64,000 bases of DNA from Chara braunii (Eukaryota > Plantae > Charophyceae), in the NCBI GenBank assembly GCA_003427395.1, contig BFEA01000015.1, positions 5,939,027-6,003,026 on the forward strand, in the 5' to 3' direction. Below, one piece after another: positions 10,693 through 20,663 of the stretch (its first letter is position 1; every line of letters begins with the position of its first letter). Below the pieces are notes generated by a model that did no database searches, was not told where the DNA came from, and saw nothing but the letters and a program-made list of their open reading frames with translations. The position numbers and the translations under genes were made by a program.

Positions 10693-12805
10693 ATAAGTGA
10701 GGGGGTTATTGAAAGGGAACAACTGAGTGATCTAACGAACTACCTGGGTAAATGTATGTGGGATTGTGAGAGATGCATGCTCATGTATGATTGTAGGGTC
10801 TCACTTGGGGTGTCTTTTCGATAGGTTAGTTGCTTTAGATGCTCGCCAAGTGCTGGAGCCATAGGTAGGTTAGATGGATGTCGGGAGGGAAACTTGGGAT
10901 GAGGATAGGACTGGCCCTGCAAGGGGTTAGGCCCAANNCTAGCCCATGGTCTCTTCCAGAGGTTGTGTAAGCCGTCATTGATCNTGATTCATCAAGCAGG
11001 CGTCAGTAGTTAGTCCCAAGTGTAGTTGCTTTGTCTTTCTGTTTTTTCAGCTTTGTATAAATCTTGGTAGCCTCCTGTTCCTACTGGAAGCGCTGCCGAA
11101 ATTTTTANAAATCTGAAAGGGTTAGTCATTTTTGGGTCTTAGAAATTATGAAAAGGCACTTTTCCTANGGGAAGCGCTGCCTAAATTTCGTGAAATTTAG
11201 GGAGTTAGAATATTTTTCAGTTAGAAGTTACTTAGCAGATCCTAACTGATTAGAGGAGGTGTTCAACTAATTGGTANTAGTAGAGGAGCTAGAGTACGAC
11301 TAAGGGGAATAATCTCCCCTTGACACAGACGTAAGTACTACTCTTCGTTGGCCTGTACTATGATGCAGGTTGCTGTGCTATCACTTGAGAGCCTGATTTG
11401 ATCAGGTCATTCCTTCAGAGAGATTATTTCTCTGTTACCACTGATAACAGGTCGGTTGCCGAATCGTCGGTCTACGACTCAACCCCAATTCACCCTCAAT
11501 ACTCAGCCTAAAGAGGCTTTAGCCATGGTGATTTTATCTGTTTTGTTAAGGTTTCACCCAGACTTTTATTGAATGGCCATTTAACAGAAGTACTGAGTAC
11601 TTACTTATGGTTGGTTGGCTGGAGGTTGGGGCTTGCATGACTAAAGCACAGGGTATGAGTGGGGAGGTTGGTTGGAGTTGACCCCGTGTTGCGTGGGGAT
11701 CTTTGCTTGATTCTGTGATGTGATTGCAGGTATGTATGGAAGAGTATCATCTGAGTTATGTTGAGTGATCGTGTCTTGGATTGAGATGGGCAAACCACAT
11801 AACTGTCGTGAGAGTGAACTACCCCACAACTTGGTGTTTGAGTAAGAGGGTTTTATTCCCGTTTTGCTGAAGTGGTAACCTATGTAAGTGTACGTTCGGG
11901 TAACCTCTACAGGGCTAGTCCCGACAAGGCCTCGTCTAATGAGATTAGGGGTACATATGTTATCCTTGTTTGAATTTATTTTGGTGGGACGATAAAGATC
12001 CGGGCGGAAGGGTTAGCGTGTCACTGGTGATGCGCCAAACAACTCACCACCGCTCTAAATTCCTTCCTGACCTAGGGGCCGTCTTACCCCGCACCCTTTG
12101 GGGCAACCCTCGAAGTTATCAAGGGCCGCAAGGCTACGAGTACACCAGAGTACCCCATCAGCGCGAATGCTTGCAAATAACCAAATGGCTGGTTGTCATG
12201 AGGAGGCCATGCGCTCGCTCGACTCTTATACGGAAACCCAGCGCGCGACGCCTATCTGGTTCTGTTGCGTAAAAGTATGGGTTGGATACTGAAGGGACTA
12301 GGAGTTGTGGTGTTGTGGCGTTGTTTGTGGCGGCCGTTCTGTGTGTGTTTCTATATGTTATGAGTGGGTAAGTATGAGTATCGTGGTGTAGCGCGTGGTG
12401 AGAGTAGTGCGTCCTGGTCGACCGGCGTCGAATCGTGTCTTTGATTTCAGGCCCTCAGTATGACGACTCGCGCACGGGTTCGATTTCGGGCGTTCGACCG
12501 CGCGTACCCCCTATGCTACAGCGAGCGAGAAACGCCCTCGGCTGGGCCACCTCTGCAATTGCATATGAAAAGCTTTCGTATGTGGTTAAGTAGCTCGGCA
12601 GGGATACACCCTCCTAAGGGATGGTGACAGCTCCCGCAGGTGGAGGTAGCGGTGCCTCGCATGACTCTGTCCTGTCGTAGGGGCTCGCGAGAGGTACGGC
12701 TGGCGCACTCGGCCTGAGCGGCAAACGCTCTCCGCGACAAGTCCTGCATAATCCTGCGTGACGTGGCCGGGAGGGTTTCCGTGCGGGACCGATGCGCTCG
12801 ACAGG

Positions 12806-12825
12806 TGTCGCTGTTGCAAGGGATC
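12806..12825 (+). promoter_or_regulatory. Degenerate primer-binding site (tRNA-Asp type)
   Basis: TGTCGCTGTTGCAAGGGATC, 16/20 match to TGGCGCCGTTGCCGGGGATC (complement of the plant tRNA-Asp 3' end), 2 nt after the LTR. Confidence 0.75.
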
Positions 12826-13140
12826 TCGGATGCCTACCGGGGTCTTTAAGAGAACGAACCCAAGTTAAGTGCAGGCTGATGACCTAGGCAAAACGACAAA
12901 GGTTATAGGATGGATTGGCTTATATAAGAGGGATGTATATGAAGTCATAATAAGACTAAGTGGTGTATAGTGCGACTAAAGGTTGTATCTCGGGCGTAAA
13001 TGACTATGGTAGAGCGGTCAGCTAAACTTAGGGGTAGAATGGTCAAGAAGGACGTAGGGCAGACCCTTTAAACTTGACGAACTACTTACCGATCTATCCC
13101 TTGTTTTTCCTGTCAGGTTGGTTAGCAAAAAGAGGTGAAG

Positions 13141-16005
13141 ATGCCGGACGCTGATGAAATCGAGCATGGCCCGGCCGCTACGCCAGAGGATTTCGTCATG
13201 GCACTCGAGAAAAGGGAGTTGGCACGACTTCAAGTGCCGGAAGTTAACATATTCCATTTTAATGGGGACAAAGTATCCGAGTGGTTGGAGCTGCTGGAGC
13301 AGGTTACGGCCGAGGTGCCTGAGGCAGATAAATTCAAGTTCCTACCCAGGTACGTCTGCCGGGAAACTCGGCCCGAGGTAATGAAGGTGGCTGCTGGAGC
13401 AGAAGGAGACTGGGCTAAGTTCAAGGCAGAAATGCAGGGGCGGTTCTAGTTAGGGGATGGCTTGTTAACGAAGACAGATTTGGAGATGTTACAGCGGGAC
13501 GAGTTTTCCACGGTGGGAGCTTTCGCAACGACATTTGAGAAGATGGCCAAGAAAGTCCCCGAATTGGTGGAAGAAGAACAATGTGCCACTTTCCTGGGGC
13601 ACTTCAAGAATTGGGAGGCCTCGTCGCTAACCAAGAAGGCTGCGCTGGGAAAGAAGCTCACTTGGGTCGCCATAAAGGAGGGTGTAATAGAAGGAGAGCT
13701 GGACCAAGTAGACATCTTCCAAATGCGACAGGCTAGGAAGAAAAGAAAGGCCTTGGACGCCACGACGAGCGGCGGGCGAGACTTTAAGAAACTGATAGAA
13801 GATGCAGTGGCTCAGCTCGATGCAGAGAAAGAGGCAAAAAGGAAAACTATGGCGGCACCACAGACCCAAGAGAAGGCAAAGAAAGCAGTGGTGCAGGAGG
13901 AAGAAGAAGAGGAAGAGGAAGAGGAGCCTGAGCCACAGAAGTTGACCGAGGCTCAGAGAAAAGCAAGGAACTTGGCTCAAGGGGGGCAAGGCTCAGGAAA
14001 GGGGCAGGTCCCACAAGCTGTAGCCATGCCACCTCCTGAGTCGCCCAGTCAGGCTGCACCAGCTCACTATGGGCCATGGCCAGGTTGTGGACCTTCGAGT
14101 CATTGGCATGGGCACTGTTCATACGCCCCGTGGCGAATGAGCGGACCGCATGGGTCGTGCGCCGGACCATCAGTGAGCGCGGCTTCCTGTGGCTGCTCGG
14201 GACCCCAAGCGCAACAAGTGAGCCACCCGAACCCACCGCCAAACAAACCCCAGCAGTCAGCCCCACAAGGTTCGCAAGGCAATCAAGGGGGTGGGAGTGG
14301 ACAAAACCAAGGGTGGGGCCGAGGACGGAGGAATGGTGGCCGTGGAGGAAATGGTAGAGGAAATGGTGGTGGTAACACTTCAGGTGGCGGAAACGAGGGT
14401 TTGGGGTATTCGGGAGTCAAAGCGGTCAAGAGGGTGGAAGAGGTGCTGGCAGAGGGAGAGTAGACTGGAGAAATGCCATTTGCTGGCATTGTGGGCAGAA
14501 AGACCACACTATTAAGTTCTGCCACGTCAGGAGGAATGACGAGGACAAAGGTTTAATTAGCACCAACTATGATGGAGACATGTACGACAAGTGGGGGTAC
14601 CACCTTGACCCGAAGATTCCAGGCGGGACGAGGAAGGAGGCCCTATGACGAGTCGAGGCAGGTGAACCACCCGCCCCTCCAGCCATGTTTCGGATGTGGC
14701 AGGAGAAAGAGGTCCACATCGACACCAGGGTGGAAGAGGTAGGACAGAACGAGGAGGTAGAGCAAGGAAGGAAAGCTGACACCATCAAGGAGGAGCCAAT
14801 CATAGTAGAGTCGAATGATGAGATTGAAGAAGATTACTGGAACGGGACGTTGCATGCTGAGATAGGGGAAGACTATTGGAGAACGGCCCGACAAACAATG
14901 GAGAGAATGGAGGACCTGATAGACAAAGTCGGGAGATACCAACAAAACTGGCTGATATGTGCGAAGAAGTCGAGGAGTGGCAAGGTAAGGAGCCATCGGT
15001 ATACCTCTAGGACCTAGGTCCGGGACCGCAAGGAGAATCCGGGAATCTACCAAACGTTACGACCTCAGGAGCAACGCCTCGATCAGGCACGACTTTCAGA
15101 CCACCTTCCAGGACGGGGAGGGTACCGTACGCCGTCAGAACGAGGGTTAAAGGGCCAGTGATTCCCGAAGAACCAGCCAAGGATGTTCCTGAACCCAGTA
15201 GAGAGAAAGAGGTAGTGGACGTTCCAGAAGGAGAGGATGACGAAGATGATAGGTTGAGGAAGGAAGAGGATGAGAGGGCCGAGCAAAGGGCCAAGAAGAG
15301 GGGTGTCAGGCCTGATACAGACAAGGCACAAGAAGTAAAGAAGAAGAAGTACGTTGTCCGAGTGGAAGAAGGCTTCGATGTGGAAAAGATAATGGACATA
15401 ATCCTAGAGGGTCATAATCACCTTATGAACCTGAAGGACGTACTAGCCTCAACGCCTAGACTTAGGGATGAGTTAAGAGCAAGAGTATCCAGGAAGATGG
15501 TAGCCAGCATACGATTGGGGATTATAATCCCTAAGGAGGCGGAGGGGGCTGAAACGGGTACTAAGATGGATTGGAAGTCTGTCGTCTGTGGCTGCCTTGA
15601 TGTTGTGGTAAAAGGGAAGACATGCACCGCAATGGTGTACAGTGGAGCGGAAATGAACCTCATAAAGGAGGAACATGCCGTACGACTGGGAATGGAGATA
15701 GACCGCTCTGACAACGGGGTTTTGATGGGGGCCAATAGCCGATCGATATTCATTGGGACCGCGTCATCAGTAATATTGGAAATTGGAAAGGTGAAAGTAA
15801 GGAGCTGCTTCTTTGTGATGCCTAACTTGGACCACCCTATTCTACTTGGGAGATCGTTCCTAAGTCGGACAGAGACGGTCATCCTCAACAAACATGACGG
15901 GACTATGTTCCTCGTCCTGTGTGACCCCGTGTGTGGGAATTACGAGGTCATCACCTGCAAGAACGCAGGACCCAAGAGCGTAAGGAACTGGCCCAACCCC
16001 GGTTC
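13141..16005 (+). pseudogene. gag: gag-protease of element A, disrupted
   Basis: Capsid-like FHFNGDKVSEWLELLE...W; zinc knuckle CWHCGQKDHTIKFC near 14481; protease AMVYSGAEMNLI (catalytic D changed to Y) and ILLGRSFL; stops at ~13447, ~14646, ~15008 plus frameshifts; upstream splice-acceptor-like cttgtttttcctgtcag. Confidence 0.88.
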
Positions 16006-16212
16006 ATGTTGTACGACTCGTCCCTGGAAAAGCAGTGGTCGCGGAAGTTGGAGAAGAGGTGATTGGGGCCTTACAGGGTCACCAAATGTGGTGAACATGG
16101 TGCCTACCAAATCGAAGAGCTGAATGGGACGGCATGGAAGGACTGGGTGTCAGGCTCGAGGCTAAAGAAGTTTGTGGCTCGAGACGAGGTGAGCAGGGAT
16201 CCCACCACTTAA
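16006..16212 (+). pseudogene. Integrase C-terminal (GPY/F) fragment
   Basis: MLYDSSLEKQWSRKLEKR*LGPYRV...GAYQIEELNGTAWKDWVSGSRLKKF, homologous to element B LLYDAVLERTWSGKLANRWMGPYRV...GAYIIVEL; joined directly to the protease region. Confidence 0.85.
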
Positions 16213-16436
16213 AGTCATCTAGCGGCTACTTCGGGTGCTGCTCTGAGTAGAATAGCGTGATAGGTTGTGGTTAGACTTGCATGTGTATATGACTATGTAT
16301 GCGTATGTGTGTGTAAGTAGGTAGTTGAGATAGGTGTGGGAGGGTTATGTCCATCTCCTGTTGTGTTTTGTCTGACATCACTTACCCTCTCTGTGCTTCT
16401 GTTCGCCTCTTCCCTGTTGTGCAGGCTTGATACCGC

Positions 16437-18725
16437 TTGGGGCAGCCATGCCAAGAGGGAGGGGAGGGGCAGGGCCAGTGGAAACCCCTTTGGGGGAAAA
16501 CCCGACAGAGGACGCAGATGAGGACCTGGAGAGAGGACATGCCTCCAGTCTTCCAGGGAGGGAATATTGAGCTGTTCGTGATGGAGTTCGAGCGGCATGC
16601 GAGAGAGTTTGGATGGGACAGCACCAGGATGTTGAGAGAGGTGCGAGGCACAGGCGAGTGGGCGGACCCTATTGCTAAACTGGTCAGAGAGTNGCTGAGN
16701 TGGCAAGACTTTGGACGGAGGNTGGAGGGTTTGCATNCNTCACCACTGGGAAGGGATGGACNACCCATTCGATTCGACTCCACTAATCTGGGGGAGTTCT
16801 TATGGGCTTATGATCGATATGCGGATGAGCTCTGTATCCCAGGAGAGCAGAGAGTGGGGAGGTTCCTGTTGTTTGTAAGACACGATATCAGACCCTTCGT
16901 ACGATCCATGGTGGCATCTGCCATGAACTGGGGGCACTGCAAGAAGCTGCTATGGAACTATTATACTCCAGCTCGTCAGGCAAGTGAGAGGAGAGGTGTG
17001 GAAAAAAGGAGAAGGGAACCTGAGACAGAGGCGAGGGGAACCTTTGAGCAGGGCTCATCACCAGGGGCTCAGAGGGAGGAAAGGAGGAAGGAACACAAGT
17101 CTCACCGACATGAGAGAGCAGAGGGGTCCGATGGTTCAGATGCACCTCCACAACCTGCTCAGAGGGAGATGGATGGCCCCATGCCTGACGCAGAGTCAAA
17201 CATCCCTCACAAGCCGCATACGCAAGAGCCGAGGGAGGAACCGTCTGTTGATGAAAAGGAGCCGGACAGAGAAGAGAGGGCAGCAAGGGAGCTGGAGATC
17301 AGGACTCAACTCCGAAAGAAGAACCTGGCAAAACTGCATGAGAGGATGCAGTAAGGAAAGGCGCTTGAGGAGGTGGAGGACAGAAAAGGAAAGGGTACCT
17401 GCACTCAGGAGGAAGACCCTCCTCTGTTCTCAGAGGTCTGGATGGGCTTCGATAAGCTGATGGACGCCACACGAAGATCAGGTGGACAACATCAGGAGAT
17501 GGGGGTTAAGTTGGTCTCTACAGACCTGCTCAACCTAAGGAGCGTGATGAGAGAAGGCTTCGCTGCCGCAAGGACCTCAGATCAGAAGATTGGTGACAGG
17601 CTGACAAAGGCGGCACAAAAGGCTTATGGCCAGAGGGTGGACTGGGAGAGAGAGGCTGAGGGCCTGAAGAGGGAGCTGGGAAGACAGGGCAAAGAGTTGG
17701 CAGCAGTAAAGGCGGACATGGAGAGAATCTCAACAGTGAATAAGGCCGTCAGACAAGTCAACCAGACCCTTAACAAGGTCACTGACGCGCTGAGGGCCTA
17801 TTTGTGTACACAACTGACCTTCTTCCAGGTTAAGGAGACTGAGTGGGAGAAAAGGATTCGAGACCTTGAAGCCAAGTATGCCCAACAAGCTTCCACAAGG
17901 GTGGTGGATTGGACAGAGGTCCAGAAGTTCGAAATCAGGGAACAACCTGCAGAGGAGGTCTTCAAGAAGGAAAAGGAAGTGGAGAAGGCAGACCAGCAGG
18001 AGGGTGTGGAGATCCCTCTGATCGACAAAGAGATGTTGGAGCAGCCAGGAGTGCTTGTGGAAAAGGGTGCAGAGGTCGGAGAGTTTGAGTGGAGGTTACC
18101 TGCTCACCTGACACTGGGACACGAGCCGGCAGTACCACAGGAGGGACCACCAGTTGAGGCAATGAGAGCTGAGGAGGTTCCACCTACTATTCGAAAAGAG
18201 ACTGTGGGGCAACAGGAGGGTCAGGAAAGTGTGGGCCAGACCATGGTTGGGACTGAGCGGAGAGTGGACCTGAGGGACTGTCAGGAGTCAACCATGCTTC
18301 AGGAGGTGCCAATTGTTACTGATTTGCGGGATGTACTGGGATCTTGGGCCACTGGGTCTGGGCCAGAGGGGCGTGTTGGGGAGTTGGGGATGCCAGCAGA
18401 TGACAAAGCAGCCTGCCCCGCTTCCTCAGGGGTCCCACAACAGGAGGTTACGAGCAAGATCTCAACAACCCCGTCATCTGTACCCTCGCTGGAAGGAGAC
18501 AAGATGTCCCAGAAGAAGCTTGGCAAGTGTTTTTATTGCAAGAGGGGCAAACATCGATTAGACGACTGCCCCAAGAGCCTCAAGGACGAGGCAAATGGAG
18601 TGTGCACCAGAGAGTCATCGGGGGTATGGAGAGATAGAAATGGATTCCTAGTTCCTAAGACTCGTGATGGGGTGAGGGCGCAGTTGTATAGGCAGCTGCA
18701 GGAGGTCATGAGTGATCAGGAGTAG
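16437..18725 (+). pseudogene. Second Gag-like ORF downstream of pol (two capsid-like repeats, coiled coil, CCHC knuckle), one in-frame stop
   Basis: ORFs 16437-17354 and 17373-18725 are in the same frame; PPVFQGGNIELFVMEFE and PIRFDSTNLGEFLWAYD repeats; CFYCKRGKHRLDDC; polypyrimidine tract and TGCAG acceptor ending at 16424. Confidence 0.8.
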
Positions 18726-20590
18726 GATTTTCCAATAAGGTCCGGAAAGGCCTAAGTCTAGTATATGCGAGACGTCTCTGACTCACCGACTGACGGTTAC
18801 TTGTATATAGAGGGATACATGGAGGATTGGATCAGACCCATGTACATCAGTAGGCTGAGCCAGTAGTGAGGTGTTACATCGCATTATAGACTTGAGAACC
18901 TTTTTCTGTACATAAGATAACGTTGAGTCTGACTATATTTCTTTCCTTCTGCTAATGTGATGTAGAGTGTTGATACCCTTGTAAAATAACGCTCATGAGT
19001 GTGGAGCGGTCGTCGAGTTCCGACACTTCGACGCTTGACTACCTTGATTCTTTATGGGATACCTGAACTCCTTGTATAATATTTTAAGTTCTATAATAAG
19101 GATAGGAGCCTTTGCATAGTGCGGGGGCCCATGTCTTGGGTGTACACGCGAGTCTCAGACCTTGTCTTTATGTTATGTGTGTCGTATCACTCTCACTCTC
19201 AGTTTGTGGACTTGCCCATTTGGATGATGGTGTGATGAGATGAATGTTGTGAAGTGAACTGATCGGCACCTTCTTCCACTGTACTTATGCCTCCCTGCCC
19301 CATGACAAGTGAAGCCGGGAGTATAATGAAAGGAAGTGTTATCAGATTATGGAGACAATGATGGCATGATGTATTTTGCCCAGATAATAATGAATGGATA
19401 GGTCACAACTAAAAGTTGTGTGTTTTTGTGTATGATTGGAAAAGAGAGAGGGAAGTCCAATGACCGATTGGACTTTCTTAAAAGGATCAAATTTTGGGAG
19501 AACACTAAAAAGAGATGCTATAAGTAATGATTAGTTGTGTGCATGTAAAAGTCTGACGAGGAAAGACCAGGTATTTTGTGAGAATCATGGATGGAAACCT
19601 CTGGCAGTTATGTTGGAACTTTGGAAAGTTTTGTGAGTATCCCTAAAAGACGTGTGACCTTACCTGCTTTTGATCAGAGCAAGGGAGGCACGACCCTGTG
19701 GAATTATTGAGGATTTTGGATGAAACATTGAGAAGGGCACTATGCCTCCACGTTGTCCCGTGGGCAGCGGTATGTGATCCTTTGAGTATTATTGTGAGAG
19801 AAAGCGCCAAACCACGATGGGTTAGTTCAAGGGGCCTATTGTGAGCCCAAGCTAAGGGGCTATACTTAGCATCGCTGGAACTGTAGAACCTAACTCCCAG
19901 CGAGGGCCACTGACCGACACAACCTGGCAGCGGGACCATGACTTACCAAAGGTTAAGTCTTGAAGGGTCGGCCACTCGGAGTGGCTTAGCTAGAGGAAAA
20001 GGTCATTGGGGTCGATTAGGTCAAGAGTCAGGTCCCTTTTTGGGTGCCAAGATAGAAAAGTTGCTTATCGTTGCGTAACCAACGAGGGCACCATCGCTAC
20101 ATAACAACGCAGTGGGCCGTGGATTCAGCATGATTGACCGGTCCATGGTGGGCCAAGATGGAGACCTGAAGCCGCCTGCTGGGGGTTCGTTGTGGTTTGA
20201 GATAGTAGTCACTACCATGTGGGCGGCTGAAGGCGCCCTGTGTTTTTGAGAGGTCTCGGTTAGGGCCCGCGTCCTAAGTTATGACACCGTTCGCGGGACG
20301 ATGACAAAATAGGACACCCAACGGTGAACTGCCAGAGGTCTACGACGAAGGGAGAGGACTATCAACCTACTACCTGGGAGCGGGTAGTACGCTGTAGTAC
20401 GGAACAAAGTATCCCCTAGCTCCGAGGCTAGGACATGGGAGACCCAGGTTGAAACCCTGGCAGTGGAACGTCATGACAGGAGCAGGTTGATGAGACAACC
20501 TCAAACGGAGTCGAGCCGGTGAACCGAATTGGTCGTTTCCTTGTCAGCAAGATGTGTTTGTGGTCGTGCTTATAGAGCTGATTGTCCGAC

Positions 20591-20663
20591 GCGACGGGGA
20601 CGTCGCTTACTAAGGTCCGGAAAACTGTCGGCCCGAATACCCTTACAAGGGTATTTGGGCACA
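20591..20663 (+). other. Structured module at the 3' LTR boundary in place of a polypurine tract
   Basis: GCGACG-GGGA-CGTCGC hairpin, then TAAGGTCCGGAAAAC, then an LTR-initial fold-back hairpin; equivalent module at 62901-62969. Confidence 0.55.

Larger units (their letters stand above)
3275..12803 (+). repeat. 5' LTR of element A (9529 bp)
   Basis: Begins TGTCGG, ends GCGCTCGACA, followed by a PBS; matches 20626-30351. Confidence 0.9.

Noticed and set aside
13447-13449. Programmed readthrough or frameshifting at in-frame stops (also 17352, 47800, 48643)
   Set aside because: Stops are numerous, accompany frameshifts and mutated catalytic residues, and mostly fit C-to-T or G-to-A decay.
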